From assembly GCA_965153285.1 (NCBI GenBank), contig OZ229129.1: a stretch of 64,000 nucleotides of DNA; one strand, 5' to 3'. Made by a program: the position numbers and the translations under genes. The stretch is from Podarcis tiliguerta (lineage: Eukaryota). A model generated the notes under the pieces. The model had not been told where the DNA came from. It saw only the letters and a program-made list of their open reading frames with translations, and made no database searches. The first letter of the stretch is position 1; every line of letters begins with the position of its first letter. Shown piece by piece: positions 1-13,981 of the stretch.

Positions 1-431
1 GTAAGTAAAAATTTAGACCCCTAAGCAGTAGCAGATGGCACGACATATGCCTTGTTCGCCTCTACGTAGTTTCATCGTTATTTCAGACACTGAGTCATCT
101 TGGTAAACTGTAATGTTTACCTGGTGACATATCACAATTTTGAAAACCACCCATAGCCTACTTGCAGCCCTTTTCTTTTCTAACCTATGTTTATGTAGGA
201 TGCTTATTTTAGTCTGTTAATCTCCATACCTTTCAAGTAGCCAAACTTTATAAATGATATAATAGTTGCCATAGGACCTGCTCCCATTGTAGGGTATATT
301 CCTCCTGAGGTAGTAAACACTGTTTCTTGTTCATTATTCCTGTTCTCATGATTAATAGTGCTATGCTATTTCAGTCCTTTAAAAAAATCTCATATGCTCT
401 TCTAGTGGTCCAATCCTAGAATTGCATGGAC

Positions 432-972
432 CAGTGGTTTTCAACCAGTGTGCTGTGGCACCCTGGGGTGCCTTGAATGATGGTTAGTGATGCCGTGGGC
501 AACACTGGCCTCTTCCCTCTTTCATTCCCTCTCTCCTCTGATGCCCTCTTGCATCTCTTTCTCTCAAAGGCTTGCACAGCTGTTTGTTGTAGCAGGCTTG
601 CTACTGCCACTGTTGCCTTCCAAGGTAAGGTGCTTGCCTCACATTCACCTTTGGCCAGTCTCCATCAGGCCACTAACATCCTCTGCCCAGGCCCCTGTGG
701 AAAGGTGTGAAGAGGCACCACTCTTTGGGGTGGGATGAGGGAGCTCAGAGACCAGGGGCAGCAGCAGTGGCTACCAAGAGGACTCCCAAGGAGATGTGAG
801 GTGAGGTGAGAGGAGGCTGAGGGAATACTCCACAAGGGAGATGTTCAAAAAAAGGCTGCCAGCTCTGCAGGCAAGGGGTGACATAACTGGGCCCCTGAGC
901 CCCAAAGGGATGTCGCAGAAAGAATGTAGTTGGTCAAGGGAGCCATGGTCTCAGAAAGGTTGAAAACCTCTG
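432..972. mobile_element. hAT-type non-autonomous DNA transposon (MITE) inserted in one monomer
   Basis: TIRs CAGTGGTTTTCAACC (432) and GGTTGAAAACCTCTG (972). The 8-bp flanks are GCATGGAC/GCATAAAC. The element is absent at the homologous position in other monomers. Confidence 0.8.
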
Positions 973-1757
973 GCATAAACGCTTCCATATACAAAAAGGT
1001 ATGGTTGAACCTCTGCACTTAATTGTGGTTCCTGTGCGCCCTTTGGTTTTCAGATTTTAAAGCCTTCTGTTTTTTTACCTCAGGAAGCCACCCCATTATG
1101 TCACTTTAACTGACAACTAGTTATTTGCTTGTGAAGATGGTAGAATCCATACCAGCTGCCATGGGTATAGCCGGGATTGAAGTTAGGGGGGCATGACATA
1201 TGTTTGGGGGGGCAGAACTGAGCTATCGGCAATGTGATTGGCCAATTAGTAAAGTTTTCTTTATTTACTGTATTAGGAGGACAGCAGCTGCCCTCCCAGC
1301 CCCAGCCCCCTGGGCCAAACTCATGTCAGCAGCTTTGTGGGATATCTTCAGGAGCAGAAAAGGCCAAGGAATAAATTCAACACAAGTCCAGAGTGAGGTC
1401 TTGTATGCCACCTTGGCAACTCCTGCAGCCAAGCTGGGGCCAAACATATAGCTCTGCCTTCTTTGGACTGCATCACCTCAGCCAAAATGGGGAAAGGGGG
1501 GGTGCTTGCCATCTGGGCAGCCCAGGACTGCCCAGGCTTGTGCCCCAGAGAAGTCCCTTCAGTACTGCTAATACAACAGAACCAACATTAAGGGTGGTTC
1601 TTTCTTGTGCATATCCCATTGCCTCAGCCTTATTATGCATCTGCTAGCTAGCGTGACATGAACAGAAGCAAATGGCAGAGGGGAGGTGTCTGCAGCTTCA
1701 CTTATGAAATGTGGACACACTCTTTATTCTACTGCAAATATATGTGCATAATTGGTT

Positions 1758-2223
1758 CACTGGTGGACAAAGGTGGGGGTGGGGTTCGTCCCAGGTGCCA
1801 TCTCTGGGGTGTGTGACAAAAAAAACCCCTTGCGGATCTTTGCAGCCGTGCTCCTTCCATGCTGGGCATCTCGTGCAACCCCGTCGGGTGGTGCTGGCAC
1901 CCCCACTGGGCTTTGCGTGCACCCACTGATCCCGCTTCCTTCCTATTCCCTTCCCTTCCCTCTCCGTTATTTACTCGCCTGCCTCCTTCCCATGCTCTCC
2001 CCTGCCCGCCTGCCTGCTTGCCTGCCTGTGAAACCTCCCAGGACGCTCGCAGGCTGGCAGGCAGGGGAGAGGACAGGAAGGAGGCAGGTGAGTAAATAAC
2101 GGAGGGGGAAGTGTAGGGGAGAGGAAGAAAGCGGGATTGGTGGGGGTGTGCAGCTCCCTCCATGTTCCGCCCCCCTCGGGAGAGTGCCCACCCTGGGCAG
2201 CACAGACATATGCTCTGCCACTG
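1758..2223. mobile_element. hAT-type MITE with an internal palindrome, inserted in one monomer
   Basis: Ends CACTGGTGGA...TCTGCCACTG; 8-bp TSD AATTGGTT/CATTGGTT; internal inverted repeat ~1955-2015 versus ~2050-2110. Confidence 0.7.
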
Positions 2224-5200
2224 CATTGGTTTCATTAGGGCAGGATGCTGTGGCACAAAATCTGAGACCCTTCTCAGAATGTGGAGGAGGATCCTGTACG
2301 GGGGAGGGGAGGCAAAAAACAAAAAAACCTCAAGAACAGGGGACCCAGCAAAGCGGATAATTGCTTACCAGACTTTAGGAAGGCGGTTGTGTGAGGGCTC
2401 TGGAAGCATCCCAGAGCCCTCCCATTTCCTTCCCAAGGCATGGTAAGCTTCAGAAAGCCAGGCACCTTGCTCTGCCGCAGTGCAATATTTGACAGCATGG
2501 CATGGCAGCAGTTTCTTTGCACAATGCATGCCTAACTGAGGTGGTGTACAATTAAAGAGATCCCCTTGAGGGCGGCAAAACAGGCTTCTCACAGGGCACA
2601 ATTTTATGAAACACTACAAAGCATGTCCATTTTGTGTAGCTTTTGGGGCACGCGAGGCCTCTCAGAGGGGTGCCAGAGCAATGCCACCCCCCATCCAAAA
2701 GCTGGAAGCTTACTTAGTGTCATGGTCCTGGGAAGGGGTAGGGGACAATTTCCCTCCCCAAACAATACACCCCCCCCCTTAACTAATGGAGGTCCTTTCC
2801 CACCTAACACGAAGCCTGCCCACCTTACATAAATCCTGGCTACACCCAGTTTTTGGAAGGAGGGAGGGGCTCTGGGAAACCATATGCAAAGGCAGCTTTT
2901 CAGCTTGGAAGCCACATGGAGTCCTGTGGACAAATAAACTGAGGTCATTTTCTTCAGAGCTGGAAAAAAATTAAAATAAACCTGCCCCTGGTGTTTAAGC
3001 CTTTTTCTTCCCTTCTCCTCTTGTCTGTGTGTATTAGTGTTTCTGTGTCTCCTTTTGTCAGAGTATTCCTTTTTTTAATGCTTAGTAAAATAATTAAATT
3101 TTTAGGGAACTATCTCTCACCTTACCTTTGATATCTATGCTTCTAATTACTTATACAGCTTTAATCTTTGAGAAAATGTGCTAATATAAAAATAATCTCT
3201 AATATAAAATAACAGTTGTAACAAAGGTAAGTAAAAAATTGTCTGTTTTAGATGCTTAAGAAGTAGCACTTTGCAGTATATTACCCGGTATGCCTCTACT
3301 TACTTACATCCATATTTCAGATATCATTTTACCTCAGTATACCATGATATTTAGCTGGCAAGATATCACAATGTTGAAAAACAGCTATAGCCCAGCCCTA
3401 GTTTCAGCCCTTTCATTTCTGACCATTTCATTTCATTTGTGTAGGATGCTCATTTCAACTGGTCAATATACATGTCTGTTCAAGTAGCTGAACCTCATAT
3501 ATGATATAATACATGGCCCACAACATGACCTGCTCCACTTGTAGGGTATATTCTTCCTGAGGTACTTAATGCTGTTTGTTCATTATTTCTCTTCTACGTT
3601 TTAATAGCATTATGCTATTTCAGTCCTTAAAGAATACCAGCTGCATCTGTAGTGGTGGTTCTCAGAATTGAATAAAGCCTGGAACAAAAGGGTATGATTG
3701 AATCTCTGGGCTTAATTGTGTTTCTTTTAATGGTGGTTTCTGAGAAATGAATTTGCCCTTCAGATGTCGGCATTTAGGGCTCCTGTTTTGCTACCTCAAG
3801 AGAGTCATTGCCTTACTTCAGTTAACCTCTTGTGTAGAGGGGGTTTGTGCAGCTACATCAATCCTTACCTGCTGCCATGGGCATAGCTAGCATTTATGCT
3901 GGGGGGGGGGGGGACCGACCTATCTGTGATGTAATTGCTCAGTTAGTCCAGCATATATATTTTTATTTGATTGATATAGGTGGGCAGCTGTCCCCCTGCA
4001 CTTCCTTGGTTTTGCCTCTGGCATCTGCCTTATGGGATTGCTTCTGGAAAAGAAAAGGTTAAGGAGTAAACCCTACACAATACCAGACTGGGATCCATAA
4101 GGTGATTGGATGGTGCCTTGTACATTTCCCTTCACGCCTACTTCAGGCAACATCTGCAGCCAATTTGGTGCCAATCATATAGCTCTGCTATCCTTTGGAC
4201 CACAACCACACAACTAGAACTGTCCAGAATCCTTTAGTGCTGCTAATGCAACAGGAACCAACATTAAGTGTGGGTCTTTGTTGTTCATATTCCTTAGTCT
4301 TATTGTGCATCTGTTAGCCAGCACGACAAGAACAGAAGTGAGTGGCAAGGGGGGAGAGGTGTCTGCAGCATCACTAATGAACCTAGACGCCACCCTTTAT
4401 TTTGCTGCAAACATATGTGAGTCATTGGTTTTGTCAGGGCAGGATGTTGGGGGGGGGGAGAATCTGAGGCCCCTGTCAGCTGAATGTGGACAAAGATCTT
4501 GTATGGGGGGGGGGAGTGTGAAACTACCAGAACAGGGGGCCCCAGGAAGGTGGAGGTCTTCATACCGGATTTAGGGAAGGCGCTGGGAAGCCAGAGCCTT
4601 CCCATCTCCTTCCGAAAACATGATAAGGTTCCCAAAGCCTGGCGCCTTCCTTTTCCGCACTGTGCTGGCAGTTTCTCTGCACAAGTCGCCGCCAAGCTGA
4701 AGTGGCGCTCAGTTAAGAAGATACACTTCAGGGTGCCTATATAGGTTTCTCACAGGGATCCATTTTATGAAACATTACAAGGTCCTTCCATTTTGTGTGG
4801 CTTTTGGAGCACTGTTGCCAGAACCCTGCCCGCCTGTCCCCCCTTCTGAAAGCTGAAAGCCGAGTAAGTTATTGTTCAGCATTGGGAAGGAGGGAAGGGC
4901 TCTGGAATGCTGCCAGAGCCCTGACAATTAAACCTTATGCAAAGGCAGCTTTTTGCCTTGGAAGCTGCTCCTAGTTCTTTTGAAAAGAAACCTGGGTCAT
5001 TTACTTCAGAGCTGAAAGAAAAGAAACAATGCTTCCTTTTTTTGTTTAAGCCTCTTTCTTCCACTCTTTGTGTTTCTTTCTTTGTGTTTGTTTGTTTTTC
5101 TCTCATGTCACAGAATTGGTTTTTTTCATGTTTAGTAATAGAATTAATTTTGTGGAAACAATCTCACCTTTCCTTTGATATCTGTGGTACTAATTAATTC

Positions 5201-5399
5201 TACAGCTTGAATTTTAGAGAAAATGTGCTAATTTAAAAATTATCTGTACTTCAGAATCACAGTTTTAACAAGATGTTAAATGTAAGTCAATAATAATCTG
5301 GTTTAGACCTCTACACAGCAGTAGTTGGCAGAATTTCATTCCCTTCACCTCTATATACTTTAATCTTTTTTTCTGACACCATGTTATATCAGCATAGAG

Positions 5400-5532
5400 T
5401 AAGGTTACCAGATTTTTTTCAATGAATCCAGGGATACTTTTAAACTTGCTACTAAATAGATGGATTTTGTCAGGGGATTGATTTGTAAATCTGGAGACTG
5501 TCCCCAGGAAACGGGGACGTCTGGTAACCTTA
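5400..5532. mobile_element. Short hAT-type MITE
   Basis: TIRs TAAGGTTACCAGA/TCTGGTAACCTTA with a perfect 8-bp TSD GCATAGAG (5392-5399 and 5533-5540). Confidence 0.85.
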
Positions 5533-8141
5533 GCATAGAGCAATGTTTCACTGGTGACATACTATATCATGATGGCCCAGCCCTACTTGCAGCCCTTTTA
5601 ATTTCTGACCTATATTTCTATGGGATACTCATTTCAGCCAATCAATCACCATGTCTTTCCAAGTAGAATAAAACCCTATATGTTGTATAATACATTGCCT
5701 GTAGGACCTGCTCCCGTTATAGGACATATTCCTCCTGAGGTCCTTAAGCCTGTTTGTTGTCCATTATTTCTGTTTTCAGTTCTAATAGCACTATGCTATT
5801 TCAGTCCTTAAAAATCCCAGCTGCATCTCTAGTGGTGGAACCCAGAACCCAGAATTGCATAGAGCCTGGTACAAAAGATGATGACTGAACCTCTGGGCTT
5901 AATTGTGTTTCTTCTAATGGTGGTTTGTGAAAAATGAAGTTGCCCTTCAGCTGTCGGCTTTAAGGCCTCCTGTTTTGCTACCTAATGAGAGCCACTCCTT
6001 TATCTCACGTTATTCAAAATTAACCTCTAATGTAAGAGGGTTTGTGAAGATGCATCAATCCTTACCCGCTGCCATGGGCATAGCTAGGGTTTATGCTGGG
6101 GGCGGGGAACTGACCTATCTGTGATGTAATTGCTCAATTAGTTCGGCTGATATAGGGCGGTAGCTGTCCCCTTGTACTTCCTTGGTTTTGTCTATGGCAT
6201 CTGCCTTGTGGGACTGCTTCTGGAAAACAAAAGATTAAGGAATAAACCCCACACAAGACCAGATTGGGCTCCCTAAAGTGATTGGATGGCGCCTTGTACA
6301 TTTCCCTTCAGGCTTACTTCAGGCATCATCTTCAGCCAATTTGGTGCCAATCATATAGCTCTGCTTTCCATTGGACCACATCCACACAAACAGAACTGTC
6401 CAGATCACCTTAGTGCTGCTAATGAAACAGAAACCAACGTTAAGTGTGGGTCTTAACCTCAGCCTTATTATGCATCTGTTAGCCAGCACGACAAGAACAG
6501 AAGAGAGTGGCAAGGGCGGAGGTGTCTGCAGCATCACTAATGAACTCCACCCTTTATTATGCTGCAAACAGATGTGCGTCATTGGTTTTGTCAGGGCAGG
6601 ATGCGAGGGGGGCAGAATCTGAGGCCCCTGTCAGCTGAATGTGGACAAAGATCCTGTATATGGGGGGGGGGTATCATACCACCAGAACAGGGGGCCCCAG
6701 GAAGGTGGAGGTCTTCATACCGGATTTAGGGAAGGCGGTGGGAAGCCACCTCCTTCCGAAAACATGGTAGGGTTCCCAAAGCCTGGCGCCTTCCTTTTCC
6801 GCACTGTGCTGACAGTTTCTCTGAACAAGTCGCTGCCAAGCTGAAGTGACCCTTCAGGGTGCCTATATAGGTTTCTCACAGGGATCCATTTTATGAAACA
6901 TTACAAGGTCCTTCCATTTTGTGTGGCTTTTGGAGCACTTTTGCCAGAGCCCTGCCCCCCCCCTGCTGAAAGCTGAAAGCCTAGTAAATTATTGCTCAAC
7001 TTTGCAAGGAGGGGAGGGCTCTGGGGTGTTGCCAGAGCCCTGGCAATTAAACATGTAATCGCAGATTTTTAGCTTGGAAGCTGCTCCCAGTTTACAAGAA
7101 GCCAGGGTCATTTACTTCAGAGCTGAAAAATAAAAATAAGTCTTCCTCTTTTTCTGTTTCTATTTCTTCCCTTCTTTGTATTTCTTTCTTTCTCTATGTG
7201 TGAGTGTGTGTGTGTTTATCTGTCTATATTTCTGTGTCTCCCTCATGTCACAGAATCGGCTTTTTTCATGTTTAGTAATAGAATTAAATTTGTGGGAATA
7301 ATCTCTCATCTTTCCTTTGATATATGTGGTACTAATTCTACAGCTTGAATTGTAGAGAAAATGTACTAATTTAAAATTTATCTGTACTACAGAATCACAG
7401 TTTTAACAAGACGTTAAACATAAGTCAATAAATTTATGTTTTGGTCCTCGAAACAATAGTAGTTAGCAGAAATCCACCCACTTCACCTCTATATACTTCC
7501 ATCCATATTTCAGATAGCCTGTTATACTATATCAGCTTACAGCGATATTTTGCTGATGACCTAATCTATCATGATGTTGGATGCCAGAATTGGCGCAGCC
7601 CTACTTGCAGCCATTTTATTTCTAACCTATGTTTACGTAGGATCCTCACTTCAGCCAGTCAGTCTCCATGCCTTTTCCAGTAGCAGAAAATCTCATATAT
7701 GATATCAATTGCCTGTGGGACCTGCTTCCATTGCAGGGCATATTCCCCCTGAGGTACTTATGGCTGTTTGTTGTCCATTATTTCTGTTCTCAGTATTAAT
7801 AGTACTATGCTATTTCAGACTTTAAAATATCCCAGCTGCATCTCTAGAGGTGGAACCCATAATTGCATAGAACCTAGTACAAAAGCGTATGATGCAATCT
7901 CTGTGCATAAATGTGGTTCTTCTAATGATGGTTTATGAGAAATGAAATTGCCCTTCACCATCCAGAAAAACTGGACTTATGGCAACCCTATTGTTTATCA
8001 TGTAGAGGGGATTTGTGCAGAAGACAGAACAATATGGACCCACTGCCTTATGGTATATCTTAAGGAGAAGAAAAGGCTAAGGAGTAAACCCTACACAAGT
8101 CCAGAGTGGAGTCCTAAGGTAGTTGTATTGAGCCTTGTATG

Positions 8142-8620
8142 CATCACCTTGCCAATAAAGGTCCGTATAGTTAAAGCTATGGTTTTCCCAGTAGTGATCT
8201 ATGGAAGTGAGAGCTGGACCATAAAGAAGGCTGATCGCTGAAGAATTGATGCTTTTGAGTTATGGTGCTGGAGGAGACTCTTGAGAGTCCCATGGACTGC
8301 AAGAAGATCAAACCTCTCCATTCTGAAGGAAATCAGCCCTGAGTGCTCACTGGCAGGACAGATCCTGAAGCAGAGGCTCCAATATTTTGGCCACCTCATG
8401 AGAAGAGAAGACTCCCTGGAAAAGACCAGGGAAAGATGGAGGGCACAAGGAGAAGGGGACTGACAGAGGATGAGATGATTGGATAGTGTTCTCAAAGCTA
8501 CCAGCATGAGTTTGACCAAACTGTGGGAGGCAGTGGAAGACAGGAGTGCCTGGCGTGTTCTGGTCCATGGGGTCACGAAGAGTTGGCCACGACTAAATGA
8601 CTAAACAACAACAACAACAA
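8142..8620 (+). mobile_element. BovB/RTE LINE 3' fragment
   Basis: Translates to BovB-type RT C-terminal motifs (KVRIVKAMVFPVVIYGSESWTIKKA, RVPWTARRSNLSILKEISPECSL) and ends in GACTAAA(CAA)n. Confidence 0.9.
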
Positions 8621-8814
8621 ATGCCTAGTTCAGGCAACGCCTGTAGCCAAGTTGGTGCCAAACATATAGCTCTGCTTTCTTGGGGCTACATCAGTGCAGC
8701 CAGGGGGGGGGTCTTGTCATATGGGCAGCCCAGGATTGGCCAGGCTTGTGCCACAAAGAGATCCCTTCTGTGCTGCTAATGCAACAGAACCAACATTAAG
8801 GGCAGCTCCTTCTT

Positions 8815-9412
8815 TTTTTAAAACATGTTTTTATTAAAGTTTTCTTGGTTTACAAAAGAATGTGCAATGTCTCTTTTTTCAAGTTACATTTTCTACAGAT
8901 CAGTTTCATTTATTGAGACATTAGTGTTACAACAGGAAGAAAAGAAAGGAGAGAGGTGGAGGGGGGAATGGTGAGTGGGGTGGGGTTGGGTGGCAATGCT
9001 TCTATTCTACTTAGTGTATAGGTGGGGTTTTGTGTCAGGGTCACTTTTGTGGGTTCTCTTTACTATTCGTTTGTATTTCTTTGGTGGTGAGAGAGGTTTG
9101 GTGTGGCCTAAGGTGTGGTTGGTTGTCTTTATTTGGCTGTAGTGAAACTTGTTTGTGTGTGTGTGTTTTTGGATCATGTTAGCCAGATTGATTTGTATGC
9201 TTTTGGTGGGTTCTTGTTGGACTGTGTATGTGATAAAAGGTAACCATACCGGGGTGAAAGCGTCTTCTTCTATTTGTCCCTGTGTCAGTTTCAATTTGTT
9301 GGTTAGTTTTTCTAATAAGGCTGTTTCCCATACTATTTGATACCATGGGTCTATGCTTACTCCTGACAGGTCTCTCCAGTGTCTGGCTATGATGCTTCTG
9401 GCTGCTGAGAGT
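8815..9412 (-). mobile_element. L1/Tx1-type LINE 3' fragment
   Basis: Poly-T and TTTATT at the left end. The minus-strand translation WYQIVWETALLEKL...VWLPFITY resembles an L1-clade ORF2 C-terminus. The 15-bp TSD GGGCAGCTCCTTCTT/GGGTGGCTCCTTCTT differs only at a decayed CpG. Confidence 0.75.
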
Positions 9413-11037
9413 GGGTGGCTCCTTCTTGTGCATAAACTTTTGCCTCAGCCTTATTACCCACCTGTTAGCTAGTGTGACATGAACATAAACAAATGGTAGG
9501 GGAGAGGTGTTCACTTATGAACTACAGCTCCAATCCTTATTTTTCTACAAGGATATGTAGGTTATTGGTTTTGTCAGGGCAGGATGCTGTGGCACAAAAT
9601 CTGAGGCCTCTCTCAGCAGAATGTGGAGGAGGATCCTGTACAGGGGAAAAAAGGGAAAAAACAAAAATCTCAAGAACAGGGGACCCAGCAAAGTAGAGAA
9701 CTGCTTACCCGACTTTGGGAAGGCGGTTGTGTGAGGGCTCTGGCAGCTTCCCAGAGCCCTCCGATTTCCTTTCCAAGGCATGGTAAGCTTCAGAAAGCCA
9801 GGCGCCTTGCTCTGCCGCAGTGCAGCATTTTAGAGCGGTGACAACATTTTCTTTGTAGAGAGTGGGCGGACCTGATGTAGTGCACAATTAAGAAGATCCA
9901 CTTGAGGGCGCCAATACAGGCTTCTCACAGGGCGCAATTTTATGTAAGGTCCCTCCATTTTGTGTGGCTTTTGGAGCACTGACGCAAGAGCTATGGGCTG
10001 CTGCCATAGCAATGTCCCCCCCCCCCCCCCGGAAAGCCGGAAGCTTGTAAACCTTACGCAAAGGCAGCTTTTACGCTTTGAGACCCATGGAAAAATAAGC
10101 TGGGGTCACTTTACTTTAGAGTTCAAAAAAATAGAAATAAGCCTTGTCCTGTTGTGTAAGCCTCTTTCTTCCCTTCATCCCTTCTCTCTCTCTGTGTGTG
10201 TGTGTGTTTCTGTTTGTTTCTATGTTTCCCTCATCACAGAATTGGCTTTTTTCATTTTTAGTAATAGAGTTAATTTTTTAGGGAATAATATCTCAGCTTA
10301 CCTTTGATATCTCGGCTTTTAAATGTGCTAATTTAAAAAAATGTGCAGTATAGAATCACAGTTTTCTCAATATGCTAAAGATAAATAAAAATGTATTCCT
10401 TTTAGACCCCTAAGCAGTTGCAGTTGGCAGGACCATTACCTCGTTCCTCTCTACATACTTCAATCATTATTTCACACATCATATTATCTCGGTAAACCAC
10501 AAGCTTTAGCTGGTGACATATGACGTTGTTGAAAACCAGACATGGCCACACCCTAGTTGCAGCCCTTTTCATTTCTAACCTATGTTTATGTAGAATGTTC
10601 ATTTTATACTGTCACTTTCTATGCCTTTTGAAGTATTTGAACCTCATATATTATATAATACATTGTCTGTTGGGCCTACTTTTTTATAGGACATATTCCT
10701 CCTGAGGTACTGTACTTAACACTCCAGTCCAATTTATGCTGTTTTAATTTTTATATAGCGCAAAGCTTCTTCAGTCTTAAAAGAAACCCAAATATGCATC
10801 TAGTGGTGGGACCCCAGAATTGCCCAAAGACTTCCTTGTACAAAATGATAGAATTGAACCTTTGCACTTAATTGTGTTTCTTCTAATGGTGGTTCCTGAG
10901 ACATGATGTTGCCCTTCAACTTTTGGCTTTAAAGTGCTTCTGTTTTGTTACCTCAGGAGAGCCTTATCTGAATTTAACCGACAACTGTGCATTATGTAGA
11001 GGAGGTATTTGAAGATGGAACAATCCTTACCAGCTAC

Positions 11038-11195
11038 CATAGGTGTAGCCAAAATTTATTTTAAGGGGGCAGGATTGATGTTGGGGGAGAAGAACTGAGA
11101 TATTTGTGACACAATTGGTCAGTTAGTTAAGTGCTCATGTTGTTTTTTTGCTTTATTTCAGGGAGGGCACTGCCCCTCCACCAGATATGCCCATG
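11038..11195. mobile_element. hAT-type MITE that is part of the monomer (example copy; others at ~1160, 3876, 6073, 14739, 16201, 18416)
   Basis: Consensus TIR CATGGGCGTAGCCA/TGGCTACGCCCATG, flanked by an 8-bp direct repeat CC(A/T)GCTGC (here CCAGCTAC/CCAGCTGT). Confidence 0.75.
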
Positions 11196-13981
11196 CCAGC
11201 TGTTTGTGGGATATGTTCTGGAGAAGAAAAGGCTAAGGTGTAAACTCTAAACAAGTCTGTAGTGGAGTCCTTAAGGCGGTTGGCTGGCACGTTGTGCCAA
11301 ACATATAGTTCGCTTTCTTTGGACTACATCAGCACAGCCAGGGGTATTGTCATCTGGGCAGCCCAGGACTGCCCCGGCTTGTGCCCCAGAGAGGACCCTT
11401 CAGTGCTGCTAATGCAGCAGAGTCAACATTAAGGGTGGGTCTTTTTGTGCGTAATCTTTTGCCTCAGCCTTATTAAGCATGTGCTAGTTGCTGTGACAAG
11501 AATAGAAGCAAATGGCAGTGTGGAGGTGTTTATAACTTCACTTTTGAATTCTCTCTCCATTCTTTAATTTGCTGCAAAGATATATCCCTCATTGGTTTTC
11601 CCAGGGAGGATGTTTGGGGACAAAATCTAAGGCCCCTCACAGCTGAATGTGGAAGAGGATCCAGTATTGGGGGGAAAGGTGTAAAATAAGATACCTCCAG
11701 AACCAGGGGCCCAAGCAAGGTGGAGGACTGCCTTCCCGACTTTGGGAAGGTGGTTGGAGAAGGGTTCTAGGATACTGCCAGAGCCCTCCTCCAAATACCT
11801 TCCCATCTCCTTTCCAAAGCATGGTCAGCTTCTGAGAGCCAGGCGCCTTGCTTGCTTTGCCGCAGTGCGGTATTTCAGAGCTGTGACCGCACTTTCTCTG
11901 CACGGGGAGGGCGGACCTGAGGTGGTGCACAATTAAGAAGAGACACTTGAGGGCGCCAATACAAGCTTCTCATAAGGCTTCATTTTATGAAAAATTAAGA
12001 AGTCCCTCCATTTTGTGTGGCTTTTGGATGCTGCTAGACCCCTTTCCCCCCTTCAGTATTTCGGAAGCTTAGTAAGGTCTTGCCTAGCTTTGGGAAGGAG
12101 GGAGAGGTTCTGGTATGCGGCCAGACCCCTGACACATAAACCTTATGTAAAGGCAGTTTTTGACTTGGAAGCCGCTTCTAGAATAAACTGGGATCATTTA
12201 CTTCTCGTTGTTTTCCCCATATCACAGAGTTGGCTTTTATCAATTTGAGTAATGGATTTAATTTTTTAGGGAACAATTTGTCACCTTACCTTTGATATCT
12301 ATACTACTAACTACTTACATAGGTTTAATTATAGAGGAAATGTGCTAATTTAAAACTTATCTGAAAGATAAGTTTTGATTTAAAAATTATCTCCTTCAGG
12401 CCTACTTAGCACAACATCTGCAGCAAAATTGGTGCCAAACATATAGCTCTGCTATCATTTGGACCACATCAGCAGAACCAAAAGTGCTGAAATGTGGGCA
12501 ACCCAGAACTGTCCAGATCACTTTAGTGCTGCTAATGCAACAGAACCAACATTAAATGTGTGTCTTTGTTGTTCATATTCCTTAGTTTTGTTGTGCATCT
12601 GTTAGCCAGCACAACAAGAACAGAAGCGAGTGGCAAAGGGGGGGGGGGGAGGTGTCTGCAGCATCACTAATGAACCTAGACTCCATCCTTTATTTTGCTG
12701 CAAACATATGTGTGTCATTGGTTTTGTCACGGCAGGATGCTGGTGGGGGGCAGAATCTGAGGCTCCTGTCAGCTGAATGTGGACAAAGATCCTGTATATG
12801 GGGGGGGGGGTGTCAAACCACCAGAACAGGGGGCCCCAGGAAGGTGGAGGTCTTCATACCAGATTTAGGGAAGGCGGTGGGAAGCCAGAGCCCTCCCATC
12901 TCCTTCCGAAAACACGGTAGGCTTCCCAAAGCCTGGCGCCTTCCTTTTCCGCACTGTGCCGACAGTTTCTCTGCACAAGTCACTGCCAAGCTGAAATGAC
13001 ACACAGTTAAGAAGATACACTTCAGGGTGTCTGTATCGGCTTCTCACAGAGATCCGTTTTATGAAACATAAAAACATACAAGGTCCCTCTATTTTGTGTG
13101 ACTTTTGGAGCGCAGCTGCCAGAGCCTTGTCCCCCCTTCTGAAAGCTGAAAGCCTAGTAAGTTCTTGCTCAGCTTTGGAAAGGAGAGAAGGGCTCTGCCC
13201 TGATACTTGAACCTTACGCAAAGGCAGCTTTCTGCTTTGGAAGCTGCTCCCAGTTCTGTTGAAAGGAAACCAGGGTCATTTACTTCAGGGAAAATAAATG
13301 TCTTCCCCTTTTGTTTAAGCCACTTTCTTCCCTTCTTTGTGATTGTTTGCATATGTGTTAAAGGTAAGGCAATTATTAACTGTTTTAGACCCCTAAGCAG
13401 TAGTAATTGGCAGAACTTCACCCCTTTCACCTCTATATACTTCCTTCCTTATTCCAAATACTGTGTTATATCATTATACAGCAATGGTTTGCTGGTGAAA
13501 TACTATATAATGATGTTGGATGCCCCACATGGCCCAAACCTACTTGCAGCCCTTTTATTTCCAACCTACATGTTTATGTAGGACGCTCATTTCAGGCGGT
13601 CAATCTCCATGCCTTTTCAAGCAGCAGAAAACATAATATATGAAATAATACATTTCCTGTAGGAGCTGCTCCCATTGCTAGGTATTATTCGTCCTGAGGT
13701 ACTTAAGGCTTTTACTTGTCCATTATTTCTGTTCTCAGTTTTAATAGCGCTATGCTATTTCGGTCCTTTAAAAAGCACAACTGCATCTCTAGTGGTGTAC
13801 CCAGAATTGCAATTAGCCTAGTACAAAAGGGTATGATGCAACCTCTGTGGTTAATTGTGGTTCTTCTAATGATGGTTTCTGAGAAATGGATTTGCCCTTC
13901 AGTTGTTGACTATAAAGAGCTTCTATTTCCTTACCTCAAGAGACCCATTCCCTCATCTTAGTTTAACCGACAACCATTGTT

